From assembly GCA_024233215.1 (NCBI GenBank), contig JACKPW010000009.1, forward strand, positions 53,067 through 117,066: 64,000 nucleotides of DNA, read 5' to 3'. Below are positions 1 to 8,973 of this stretch, piece by piece. Numbering within the stretch: the first letter of the stretch is position 1; every line of letters begins with the position of its first letter. Both the position numbers and the translations under genes were made by a program. A model generated the notes under the pieces. It was not told the origin of the DNA and ran no database searches. It worked only from the letters and a program-made list of their open reading frames with translations. The DNA is from Verrucomicrobiales bacterium. Lineage in GTDB: Bacteria > Verrucomicrobiota > Verrucomicrobiia > Limisphaerales > J093.

Positions 1-1
1 T

Positions 2-475
2 CGGCCGTTTCCGGTGGGGCATCCGGTGCCCGGGATCACCCAGTTGCCTGCTCGCGACGCGAAGTTCACGGACGGTGTGAAGCGGAGCAACCGTTTTCCC
101 AACTGCTCCTACCTGACGAATTGGACCAGCCCGCAGGACCGCATCCGTTTCGATGTCGAGGTGCTCCAGGCCGGACGCTACGAAGCGGTGCTCTACTACG
201 CCTGTCCTCCGGCGGATGTCGGTTCGACTCTCGAGTTGAGTTTCGGCGATGCCCGTGTGAGGGGTGTGCTGGATGCAGCGAATGATCCTCCGCTGGTCGG
301 TGCCGAACAGGACCGGGTGCCGCGCGGCGAGTCCTACGTGAAGGACTTCAAGCCGTGGCGACTTGGCGAACTCCTCCTGCCGGTCGGCCGGGGGGAACTG
401 GCCCTCCGGGCAGTTGCGGTGCCGGGACAACAGGTCATGGAATTCCGCCTGTTGAGCCTGCGATTGCTTCCATGA
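2..475 (+). CDS. 3' part of a gene that starts upstream of the window; C-terminal beta-sandwich/CBM-like tail of the kind attached to secreted sulfatases or glycosidases
   Basis: Frame is open from the window edge to TGA 473-475 with coding-like composition, 80 nt upstream of a sulfatase gene. Product assigned only by general resemblance. Confidence 0.45.
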   Translation, partial: RPFPVGHPVPGITQLPARDAKFTDGVKRSNRFPNCSYLTNWTSPQDRIRFDVEVLQAGRYEAVLYYACPPADVGSTLELSFGDARVRGVLDAANDPPLVGAEQDRVPRGESYVKDFKPWRLGELLLPVGRGELALRAVAVPGQQVMEFRLLSLRLLP

Positions 476-491
476 GGGGGGCGGGACTTGG

Positions 492-526
492 GATTTGAGA
501 TTTGAGATCTGAGATTTCAGATTTGA
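492..526. repeat. Tandem heptanucleotide repeat, five units (GATTTGA GATTTGA GATCTGA GATTTCA GATTTGA)
   Basis: Read directly. It fills most of the spacer between stop 475 and ATG 556. Confidence 0.9.
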
Positions 527-555
527 GCGATCGATGGCCTTGTGGCCGATGCAAC

Positions 556-2292
556 ATGAAAACGAAGTTCGATATCCCAACGGCCTGCTTGCGGGCCGAT
601 TCCGAAGTGACTCCTGCCGCGTCCCCGCGGCGCGACGGTTTGGCACGCGGTTCGACGGCCCTTGGGGGCATTCGCCGTAGTTTCTGTGGGGGCGTGCTGG
701 CGGGGTTGGTGGCGTTGAGTGGGGCGGGCGGAGTCTGGGCCGCCGGGGCGTCGCGACCCAACGTCCTGTTCATTCTGGCCGACGATCTGGGATACTCGGA
801 CCTCGGCTGTTACGGCGGCGAAATCGAGACGCCAAATCTGGACGGGTTGGCCTCGGAAGGTCTGCGTTTCACCCAGTTCTACAACACGGCGCGTTGCTGG
901 CCCTCGCGGGCGGTCGTGATGACGGGGTACTACGCCCAGATGGTGCGGCGCGATCATCTGCCGGGGTTGCCCGGTGGTGGGGGTGGCAAACGCCCTGCTT
1001 GGGCGCCCCTCTTGCCCGAGTTGCTCAAGCCGGCCGGGTATCGGGCCTACCACTCGGGAAAATGGCACATTGATGGTCCCCGGCTCGGGGCGGGTTTCGA
1101 CCGCTCCTACAGCATCGAGGATCATGACCGCTTCTTCAGTCCCAAGCGCCATCTGCTCGATGACAAACCCCTGCCGGCGGTCGAGCGCGACAGCGGGTTC
1201 TACCTCACCACTCACATCGCGGATCACGCCGTCGAATGCCTGAAGGAACACCAGTCGAAGTACCCGGACCGCCCCTTCTTCCACTACCTCTGCTTCACTT
1301 CCCCGCACTTTCCACTGCAGGCATTGCCGGAAGACATCGCGAAGTACCGCGACCGCTATCTGTCGGGGTGGAATGAAATTCAGCAGGGGCGCTACGCCCG
1401 GCAGCGGGGAATGGGGCTGATCAGCAGCCAACTGCCGCCGATGGAGCGCGAGGTGGGACCGCCGTACGATTTTCCCAAGGCCTTCGAGGTGCTCGGCACG
1501 GGCGAGACCAATCGCCCGGTGGCCTGGAGCGAACTCAGCGACGAGCAGCGTCGTTTTCAGGCCACCAAAATGGCCATTCACGCCGCCATGGTCGACCGCA
1601 TGGACCGGGAAATCGGCCGGGTCTTCCAACAATTGAAGGCCATGGGGGCCTGGGACAACACCCTCGTGTTCTTTTGCTCCGACAACGGGGCGAGCGCGGA
1701 GATCATGGTCCGGGGTGACGGTCACGATCCGGCGGCGCCAATGGGGTCGGCCGGCAGCTATCTCTGCCTGGGGCCCGGCTGGTCGAGTATGGCGAACACT
1801 CCCTTCCGGAGGCACAAGACCTGGGTTCACGAGGGGGGAATCTCCACCCCGCTGATTGTCCACTGGCCCGAGGGTTTCGGGGGACGGGGGGAGTGGCGTC
1901 GTACCCCGGCGCACCTGATCGACATCGTGCCTACGGTGCTTGAGGTGGCCGGGGTGGAACTGCCCACCGAATGGCACGGCGTGGCGGTGCCGCCCAAGCC
2001 CGGTCGAAGCCTGCTTTCGGTTCTGCGGGCCGATGGAGCCCCTCTCCACGACGAGATTTGGTGGGCGCATGAAGGCAACCGGGCCATTCGGGTGGGGGAT
2101 TGGAAGCTCGTGGCGGCCGGCGCGGAAGCGCCGTGGGAACTGTACGACCTGAGCCGGGACCGGGGTGAAATCGTGAACCGGGCGGGGGAGTTTCCTGGCC
2201 AGGTCCGCGAACTGGCAGCCCGTTGGCAGAGGCAGGCGGACTGGATTCGGCAAGTGGCTCTGGGCACGACAGGAGGAGGGGGCGAGAAGTGA
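556..2292 (+). CDS. Type I (formylglycine-dependent) arylsulfatase, exported
   Basis: NVLFILADDLGYSDLGCYGG; FGly motif C-x-P-S-R in TARCWPSRAVVMTGYY; SGKWH; CSDNGAS. RRSF followed by a hydrophobic stretch looks like a Tat signal. ATG 556 chosen; GTG 502 and GTG 607 are in-frame alternatives. Confidence 0.9.
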   Translation: MKTKFDIPTACLRADSEVTPAASPRRDGLARGSTALGGIRRSFCGGVLAGLVALSGAGGVWAAGASRPNVLFILADDLGYSDLGCYGGEIETPNLDGLASEGLRFTQFYNTARCWPSRAVVMTGYYAQMVRRDHLPGLPGGGGGKRPAWAPLLPELLKPAGYRAYHSGKWHIDGPRLGAGFDRSYSIEDHDRFFSPKRHLLDDKPLPAVERDSGFYLTTHIADHAVECLKEHQSKYPDRPFFHYLCFTSPHFPLQALPEDIAKYRDRYLSGWNEIQQGRYARQRGMGLISSQLPPMEREVGPPYDFPKAFEVLGTGETNRPVAWSELSDEQRRFQATKMAIHAAMVDRMDREIGRVFQQLKAMGAWDNTLVFFCSDNGASAEIMVRGDGHDPAAPMGSAGSYLCLGPGWSSMANTPFRRHKTWVHEGGISTPLIVHWPEGFGGRGEWRRTPAHLIDIVPTVLEVAGVELPTEWHGVAVPPKPGRSLLSVLRADGAPLHDEIWWAHEGNRAIRVGDWKLVAAGAEAPWELYDLSRDRGEIVNRAGEFPGQVRELAARWQRQADWIRQVALGTTGGGGEK

Positions 2293-2660
2293 CTCGCGGC
2301 TCCGGGGGCGACATCGTGGCGAGGCCTCTTCCGCGATCCGCAAGGGTGTCGGGTTCTTTTCTCGTGACTGGGGGTGAGGGCAGTGAGTGGGTGCAAGTGG
2401 TTTATGTGTGGCTTTTTATGAAGAGTCTTGGGCGTTCGGTGCAGGGGAGGAGGGTAGTTTCTTGAACTTTTTTTTGTCCTGCGCTTGACAGGATAGGGGA
2501 AGTCTGGTTTCTTCTGCGCACGGTTTACGACGAAAGATTTGCGGGCAACACAGTTTGGAGTTTGATCTTTGACCGCCCGAGACACTTTCCAAGTCTGGCT
2601 CAGTACCGGTTGGGCTTGGAACATCCCCGTAATCCTACAGTAGTACTCTAGAAAACTCCT

Positions 2661-2704
2661 CCGGGCTTGGGAGCCACCCTCTGGCTCCGGGCCCGGATTT
2701 TTTT
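2661..2704 (+). terminator. Rho-independent terminator (about 14-bp GC-rich stem, 7-nt loop, A plus T7 tail)
   Basis: CCGGGCTTGGGAGCC-ACCCTCT-GGCTCCGGGCCCGG followed by ATTTTTTT. It lies about 370 nt downstream of the sulfatase stop, so it may end an independent transcript. Confidence 0.7.
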
Positions 2705-3043
2705 CTGTACCGGTGTCTACCGGGGGGGGAGTTCGATTCCTGATGGGGCCAGTGGAGCGGCAAGGAAGCCGTCACAAACGGGAAACCTGAATGCCCTCGC
2801 TCAGCCCGCCGGCAGGGTCAGGATGGGAGCCCGCCCGGCCTCGCCACCGGATTTCAGCGAAAGCAGGAAGTGCAGGAGGTTGAACGTGGTTTTCGATCTG
2901 AGGCAGGGTCTGTTCCGGAGTGCGGAACACCTGCAGGCTGAGCCAGCCTGCTTGTTGGGCTTGCCGGAGTACGGCTGCCAGGCGGTGGAACTCCTCGAAT
3001 ACCGGGGCCTCGGCCGGGGTTGGGCCGGAGGCGCTGGGGGCGT

Positions 3044-3220
3044 TTAGCGCAGGCGCACCAGGTTCAGCAGCATCTGTTCGTCCGCGGAATCCACGATTCC
3101 CTGGTTGTAGTTCGCGCGATCCGGTCTGATGGCAGCGGGTCCCATCCGGGTCGCGGAACCGGTGAGGGTGGCGCCCGCAAGCAGGGCGCAGACGGTCATT
3201 CTGGGCAGCCGGTTTATCAT
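3044..3220 (-). CDS. Small (58 aa) signal-peptide/lipoprotein-like ORF, possibly the truncated 5' end of a longer gene
   Basis: ATG 3220 overlaps the MscS stop as ATGA (plus strand TCAT 3217-3220). Hydrophobic N-terminus MINRLPRMTVCALLAGATLTGS. Ends at TAA after ...LLNLVRLR. In the ORF track it is only visible as the tail of the spurious 3044..4603 ORF. Confidence 0.4.
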   Translation of the reverse strand: MINRLPRMTVCALLAGATLTGSATRMGPAAIRPDRANYNQGIVDSADEQMLLNLVRLR

Positions 3221-5919
3221 GCAGGACGGGCAGGTTCGGTGGTTTCCCTGTTCTGGCTGGCGGCGTGAGGGGAACCCTTGGGCGGGTAATCCAGCCGGCC
3301 GTCGATCTGCCGGAGTTCCTCCGACGGAAAGTCGGGGAAGGGCAGCCGCGAGTCCTCCCGCCAGGCGGCCACGGCCTGTTCCGCCTGTTTCGTCAGGTCG
3401 GCATCGATCCCGGCATCGCGCGCCAGGTAGTTGACCTGCGATGGGAAGGCGAATCCGGTGCCGGACCGCAGCACGAGCTGCATCACCCGCAGGTAGACAT
3501 CCTCGCGGACCGCCAGGTAGTCGTTGTAATCGCGCGTCAAAACGTAGGCGAACATCTCCACGTCGAGCGAATGGGCGCCGAAGCCCACGAAACGGACGCG
3601 GGCGGGGTCGGGGTGGATTCGCGGATGTCCGACCAGCAGGCGTCGCAGTTCCGCAAGGACGAAGCGCAACTGGTCGGCGGTGGTCTCGTAACGGAGTTGC
3701 AGCGTGGTGCGCAGCAGGACGCGATCTCGTTTGGCGAAGTTCTCGAGTTGCAGGTTGGCGAACTCTGAATTCGCGATGGTCACCACCGTTCGGTCCAGGG
3801 ACCGAATCCGCGTGGAGCGCAGACCGATCTGTTCCACGGTTCCGATCTTGTCGCCGTAGCGGCAGAAGTCGCCCACGCTGAGGGGGTCGTCGGCAAAGAG
3901 GGTGAAGCCGGCGATCATGTTCTGCAACGTGGGTTGGGCCGCCAGGGCGAAGGCGAGGCCGCCGATGCCCAGGCCGGCCAGGACGCCCGAGTAGGGGATG
4001 GACCACACCCCTGCCAGAAGCAGCGCGCCCACCACGATCACCACGATGCGCAGGATGCCGAAAGTCAGCGAGGTGAGAACCGCCCGGTGTCCGCTGGTGC
4101 CGACGGTTCGACTGCTGAAGTCTGCGGCCACCCCCACACCCCGGTAGATCAGCCACACGGCGCTGGCGATCGCCAGCGTGCCGGCCACGCTCCGGAAAGG
4201 GCCCGCCACCACCTCGGGAAGGCCAAGCATGCCGATCTTGAGATACCAGAGGAAGCCCGCGAAGGTGGACCGCAGCGGCCAGGTCACCATCAATTGCTGC
4301 CGACGCGTCGAGAAGGCGGTGGGGGCCCCCTTCCGGCGGCGCAGCGTCCACAGGATGAGTCCGCTCACCGCCATTGCCAGTGAAAGGCTGGTCAACAGGA
4401 AGACGGCCAGTGCCAGCCACTGCCAGAGTTCCATCGGGCCCAGCGGATGCAGCAGCGCGGGGACGCTTCCCCGGACCTCCCGACGGACTGCGAAGTAGCT
4501 CGAGGCATCCTCGGCCCCGGGCGCCCCCCGTTCCGCGGGCATGTCCTCGATGGCGGCGTAGAGCGCCCGGATGTGGTGCAACGTGTCCGCGGTGAACCGC
4601 CACTCGGCCGGTCCGTCCTCCCGGGCGAAAGGGGCGATCATGATGTTGCCCTGCTGGTGCCGGAAATGCACGTAGGCTTCGTGCTGATCGGGGTCGTTGG
4701 GAATCTCCTGGTAAAGCACCGTCCCCACCCGATCGAGCACTTCCTTGAGATAGAAGGCCATCAGCGTGGCGTCCTCCTCCTTGGTCATGGTCGGAAAGCC
4801 CTGCAGGTCCAGCGTCCGGAGCACATTCGCCCGGCCGCCCCGTTCAAAGCGTCCCATTTCCTCGAGAAACGTGCGTAGCGTGTCCCGCGGATTGCGCAGC
4901 AGCAGGTGTTCCTGTTCGGTGGGGGGCCCTCCGCCGCGCCGGGCATAAAGTCGACCGAGAACCTCGTCCAATCCGGCTTGTGGCGTGGGGTCGATCAGCC
5001 AGTCGGAGCCCTTCCTGACGAACCGCAGGTCAAAGGTGTTGGTGGTACCCGCCTGGGGCAGCGTGATCACCACGGACGATTCGGTCACCAGCCCGAGTTC
5101 GGAAGCCACGGAGATTCCCCAGATTCGAAAGGTCATTTGATCCAGCACCCGGAACAACTTCCGCGCGTAATCGATCCTCTCCTGTGGCAGCAGGGGCCCG
5201 TCAGCCAGCTTGCGGGAGCGCAGGGGGGAGAAGTCAATCGTGTCCAGCGCCGGTTGGATGTGCTCGATGAATCCCCCCCGGGCGGCGTTGGCGGAAATCA
5301 GGAACGATCGCAGGGTTTCGCGGGGGGAGGAAAGTACCGCCGGGTTGGTCAGGAAATCCGCGAGGTTCGACAGGCGCCGGCCGGTCCACCATTCCCCGCT
5401 CTCGAACCGGCCCATGAACGTGGTGCCGTCAGGCGACATCACGAAGAAGAACCCCCCCGTCCGTCCGCTCGCCTCCTCCCAACGACCATTGAACTGGCGT
5501 CCGGTCACGGACCCCCGGACCGTGCCGTCATAGAGCGGGTATTCGCCCGTCACCTGATCACCGGCCTGTCGAAGCCGGAGGATGGCCGCTCCGGTGCGCC
5601 ACTGGGTCTGCCAGGTGCCGGTCCAGTCGGCGCCGGTGTCCTGCCCGCAGAGCAAAGGGCCCCCGGGCCAGAACACCGCCAGGAGGACGAACCCGATCAG
5701 GAACCGTTGCCCGCGTTGTCGTGCTCGCGTCACGCCGCGCAGCCTAACTCGTTGAATTCCTCCCGCAAGCCGGAGCTCCCCTGTGAACCGCTGTGCGACC
5801 ACTCTTCTGCTGGCCCAGCCCGACCAACCGGCACACCGCAAAATTGGCGTGCTCTTGTGGGTGGCGGATTCTAGACTGGGTTCACGCGCAACCCGGAGAT
5901 ATGGGGGAAGGGGAGCCAT
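3217..5919 (-). CDS. Mechanosensitive ion channel (MscS family) with a large N-terminal extracytoplasmic domain
   Basis: MscS core GLGIGGLAFALAAQPTLQNMIAGFTLFADDPLSVGDF...GTVEQIGLRSTRIRSLDRTVVTIANSEF, preceded by several TM helices. Start uncertain: ATG 5919 used, but GTG 5733 (just before hydrophobic FLIGFVLLAVF) is equally plausible. The ORF-track extension to 6423 is R/P/S-rich and rejected. Confidence 0.85.
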   Translation of the reverse strand: MAPLPPYLRVAREPSLESATHKSTPILRCAGWSGWASRRVVAQRFTGELRLAGGIQRVRLRGVTRARQRGQRFLIGFVLLAVFWPGGPLLCGQDTGADWTGTWQTQWRTGAAILRLRQAGDQVTGEYPLYDGTVRGSVTGRQFNGRWEEASGRTGGFFFVMSPDGTTFMGRFESGEWWTGRRLSNLADFLTNPAVLSSPRETLRSFLISANAARGGFIEHIQPALDTIDFSPLRSRKLADGPLLPQERIDYARKLFRVLDQMTFRIWGISVASELGLVTESSVVITLPQAGTTNTFDLRFVRKGSDWLIDPTPQAGLDEVLGRLYARRGGGPPTEQEHLLLRNPRDTLRTFLEEMGRFERGGRANVLRTLDLQGFPTMTKEEDATLMAFYLKEVLDRVGTVLYQEIPNDPDQHEAYVHFRHQQGNIMIAPFAREDGPAEWRFTADTLHHIRALYAAIEDMPAERGAPGAEDASSYFAVRREVRGSVPALLHPLGPMELWQWLALAVFLLTSLSLAMAVSGLILWTLRRRKGAPTAFSTRRQQLMVTWPLRSTFAGFLWYLKIGMLGLPEVVAGPFRSVAGTLAIASAVWLIYRGVGVAADFSSRTVGTSGHRAVLTSLTFGILRIVVIVVGALLLAGVWSIPYSGVLAGLGIGGLAFALAAQPTLQNMIAGFTLFADDPLSVGDFCRYGDKIGTVEQIGLRSTRIRSLDRTVVTIANSEFANLQLENFAKRDRVLLRTTLQLRYETTADQLRFVLAELRRLLVGHPRIHPDPARVRFVGFGAHSLDVEMFAYVLTRDYNDYLAVREDVYLRVMQLVLRSGTGFAFPSQVNYLARDAGIDADLTKQAEQAVAAWREDSRLPFPDFPSEELRQIDGRLDYPPKGSPHAASQNRETTEPARPA

Positions 5920-6070
5920 CCGGCTGGCCGCCCGGGAGCCGGAACGGGCGCTCCGGGAATCTCCCTGGAAAAGGCATGACCAAAGCACGCATCGACGTTG
6001 TTGAGGAGGGGGGCATCGGGTCCGGTGTAGCCTGCTTCGCCGGAGGCTTGCCCCCGGAATGGTCCTGGTG

Positions 6071-8857
6071 ATGGCCCGGTTGCTCTCACGCCTTGCCGAA
6101 GCCATGCCGTCCCTGCGGTGGCATCGCTGGGCGTGCGTTCTGGGCCTGGGTGGGGTTTTGCTGCCAGCCGGGCAAGGTGGGGCGGCGGACAGCGGATTGG
6201 GGGGGGACGGCCGCTCCTCCGGCGGGTCTGCCATGCCGCCCGGGATCCCGCAGATCCGGGTGGGGGTGCGGGAACGTCCGCCGGTGGTCGTGGCCGGAGA
6301 CCGGCCTGAGGAGTGGGGGGGGCTGGGGCTGGATGTTCTCCGTTTGCTCGGGGCGAGGTTGGGGATGTCGCTCCAGATCCTGCCCTTCCGGTCCCGATCC
6401 GAGCTGCTCGATGCCGCGCGCAATCGTGAGGTGGATCTGCTGTTGACCGTGGATGACCGGCCGGATCGGCGCAGCTATCTGGATTTTTCCCCGCCATACT
6501 ACGAACGCCGGCAGGTGGTGGTGACCCGTGGGGGTGATGTCCCCGGCTCTGATGGTCTGGGAGGATTCGCGGGGCGCCGGGTGGCGGTGGCACCCTCTGT
6601 GAGCAACCTGACCGCGCTCAGGGAGGCTTATCCGGAAATCCGGTTTCACCTTGTCCCAAGCGAAACGGCCGCCCTTGAGCAGACCGCCACGGGGGACCAC
6701 GCCGCCGCCCTGCTCGAATTCACGGAGGGCGATTCTTCCCGGCCCGGGATACTCCCGAAAGGGCTTGTGGTTGCCGGGGAGACCCCATTCACGATCCGCT
6801 GCAGCTTTGCTTCGCGGAATGACTGGCCGGAGTTTTCCCGGCGGCTGCGACAGGCGCTGGAGGATCTGACGCCGGCGGAGGTCAGCGGTTTGCGGGCGCC
6901 CTATCTTGATGCTTCGCCGCGGGGGTTCAAGGCGTGGCTTCGGGACTGGCGGGTGGGGCTGGGCCTGGGGGTCCTCGCGGTGGCGGGGTTGGGGATTCGG
7001 TTCCGCCGGCGGTTGGTCCTCTATTTCGCCGGTTCCGTCCGGCGGAACCTGGTGCTGGTGGTGCTGGCGGGCATGACGCCGGCCCTGGCCATCACCCTCT
7101 TCCTCGGCGAGGAGCACCGGGGCGCGCTGGTTCACACCGGCGAACGGGCGGCGGTGGACCTGGTGGATCGGACCGCCGACAAGCTCCTGCGGGTGGCGCA
7201 ACACATCGACGTCATCCTGGAGACGACGGGAAGAAACCCCGGTCTGGAGGCAGTCGGGCGGACGGAGTTCGTCACCCGAGCCGGTCACTTGCTGGAGTCC
7301 ATGAAGATGCTGGACATGTTCGTGTTCGATTCCAGCGGCGAGGTCGTGGCGGCGGGAAAGCCCGGGGTGGCAGGCGCCAATGTCTCGAAGAGCGCCTATT
7401 TCCGTGAGGCGATGCGCACCCGCGGGGCGGTCGTTGGGGAGGCGGTCATGAGCACCACCTACGGATACCCGATGCTGCACTTCGCCCGGCCGCTGCCCGG
7501 TCCCGCCGATGGCGCTCCCTGGTTTGTCTCCAAGGTCGTGCAACTCGACACCCTGGGCCTGGAATTCGACGCCGCAAAGGCTCCGGAAGGCGCTCGAATC
7601 ACGGTGGTGGATCGCGAGGAAGTGCGGCTCTATGAACACCCGCCCCGGGAGTCAGGCGGCTTGTCCGGGGTGCCTTTGGGCCCCGAATATGCCGGGACCC
7701 CGCACGGTTCGGTGGACCGCCGGGTGGCTTTGAGGCTGATCACGGAGGGTGCACCGCGGGTGATCGCGCAGAGGTCGCTCGACCTGCCCGCCAGCGGGGA
7801 GCCTTACATTTCCGTGATCGCGGAGGTGCCCCTGGGTCCCCTGCAGGACGCGTCTGCCGCGTTTGAGCGGCGCAACCTGCTGGCGTTGTTTTGCGGGCTG
7901 TTGCTGGGGTTGCTGATCGCGATCCCTCTGGGAAATTCCCTCATGGCGACAGTCCTGGATCGCATCGGGTTGGCGACCCGCAGAATCGGCCGGGGCGAGT
8001 TGGGAGCGCGGGTCGGGGTGCCGGCCACGCAAAAGGGGGATCTGGCTGCGCTGGGCCGTGCCATCGACAAGATGGCGGAGAGCCTCGATCAGGAGGAAGC
8101 GAAACGTGCCTTGATGGTGCAGGCCCTGCAGGCATCGTTGGAGGAGAAGACCTCCCTCCTCAAGGAGGTGCATCACCGGGTCAAGAACAACCTGCAGATT
8201 GTCAGCAGTCTGGTGAGCCTGCAGGCGGGGAAGTTCACCGATCCGAAAGTCCGGGCGGCCCTCGCCGAAACCCGGGACCGCGTCCGAGGCATGGCCCTGT
8301 TGCACGAGACGCTGTATCGGGCCGAGTCCTTCGCCCGCCTGAACTTCACCGCTTATGTGAAGCGACTCTGCGACGAAATTGCCAAAGTCGCCAACCCGGG
8401 AACGATGGCCCGGGTGCTCATCGAGACCGATTTGGAGGAGGTCGCCCTGGAACTGGAACAAGCGGTGCCCTGTGGGTTGCTTCTCAATGAGTTGGTGACC
8501 AATGCCCTGAAACACGCCTTTCCCGGCGATCGGACGGGCCGGCTCCGGGTCTCCTTGCAGCGGGTTCCCGCAGCGGATTCCGGGAGCGTCGGTTCCCCCT
8601 GCCTTCGGCTTGGGGTCGGCGACGATGGGGTTGGCCTTCCCGTGGGATTTGACATTCGCAGGACCTCCTCGCTGGGCATGCGGCTCGTGGCCACACTGAC
8701 GGATCAGTTGGGAGGGGACTGGAAGGTGCATTCCGCGACCGTCGGGGTCCTGCACGAGATCACGTTCACTCCCAAACCCGGGAAGCCTGCGCCACCGGTT
8801 GGCCGGAATCCGGATCGCGGCCCCGACGCCCCCTCCAGCGACTTCGAAAGGGCCTGA
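6071..8857 (+). CDS. Membrane sensor histidine kinase: solute-binding (family 3)-like domain, Cache-like domain, HAMP, HisKA_2-type H-box, HATPase
   Basis: [13 protein letters not shown]...[23 protein letters not shown] (SBP-like); TM segments; HAMP-like [17 protein letters not shown]; H-box [20 protein letters not shown]; [12 protein letters not shown] and [10 protein letters not shown]. No response-regulator gene in the window. Confidence 0.85.
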   Translation: MARLLSRLAEAMPSLRWHRWACVLGLGGVLLPAGQGGAADSGLGGDGRSSGGSAMPPGIPQIRVGVRERPPVVVAGDRPEEWGGLGLDVLRLLGARLGMSLQILPFRSRSELLDAARNREVDLLLTVDDRPDRRSYLDFSPPYYERRQVVVTRGGDVPGSDGLGGFAGRRVAVAPSVSNLTALREAYPEIRFHLVPSETAALEQTATGDHAAALLEFTEGDSSRPGILPKGLVVAGETPFTIRCSFASRNDWPEFSRRLRQALEDLTPAEVSGLRAPYLDASPRGFKAWLRDWRVGLGLGVLAVAGLGIRFRRRLVLYFAGSVRRNLVLVVLAGMTPALAITLFLGEEHRGALVHTGERAAVDLVDRTADKLLRVAQHIDVILETTGRNPGLEAVGRTEFVTRAGHLLESMKMLDMFVFDSSGEVVAAGKPGVAGANVSKSAYFREAMRTRGAVVGEAVMSTTYGYPMLHFARPLPGPADGAPWFVSKVVQLDTLGLEFDAAKAPEGARITVVDREEVRLYEHPPRESGGLSGVPLGPEYAGTPHGSVDRRVALRLITEGAPRVIAQRSLDLPASGEPYISVIAEVPLGPLQDASAAFERRNLLALFCGLLLGLLIAIPLGNSLMATVLDRIGLATRRIGRGELGARVGVPATQKGDLAALGRAIDKMAESLDQEEAKRALMVQALQASLEEKTSLLKEVHHRVKNNLQIVSSLVSLQAGKFTDPKVRAALAETRDRVRGMALLHETLYRAESFARLNFTAYVKRLCDEIAKVANPGTMARVLIETDLEEVALELEQAVPCGLLLNELVTNALKHAFPGDRTGRLRVSLQRVPAADSGSVGSPCLRLGVGDDGVGLPVGFDIRRTSSLGMRLVATLTDQLGGDWKVHSATVGVLHEITFTPKPGKPAPPVGRNPDRGPDAPSSDFERA

Positions 8858-8973
8858 CCAAGGCGCGGCTCGCGGTGGTCGAGGTAATGGGCCTCGTTTC
8901 CCTCGACATCCATCCGCGTCTCGAACAGCCTTGGGGGGAGGTGACAGCAAGTCATGAACCCGCAGGCCGCACA

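Noticed and set aside
517-2343. 608-aa ORF antisense to the sulfatase gene
   Set aside because: It lies entirely opposite a gene with unmistakable sulfatase motifs. The translation is an R/P/G/H-rich low-complexity product, as expected for antisense frames of high-GC coding DNA.
2721-2760. tRNA or tmRNA gene suggested by the T-loop-like GTTCGATTCC
   Set aside because: The flanking bases do not form a T stem (GGGAG versus CCTGA). I could assemble no D arm, anticodon arm or CCA end. It is kept only as a possible tRNA-3'-end scar.
2667-3047. 126-aa plus-strand ORF and an unlisted minus-strand open frame (..APVFEEFHRLAAVLRQAQQAGW..) in the 2.7-3.0 kb gap
   Set aside because: The + ORF is G/R/A-rich without features. 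The minus-strand frame looks more protein-like but has no ATG/GTG/TTG start giving 60 aa or more and no homology I can name. It is left unannotated.
5920-6423. N-terminal 168-codon extension of the MscS ORF (ORF-track 3217..6423), plus the overlapping 3044..4603 and 5871..6593 ORFs
   Set aside because: The extension is Ser/Arg/Pro-rich with no hydrophobic or conserved features, and it overlaps the divergent histidine-kinase gene start. The other ORFs are alternative frames of the MscS gene.
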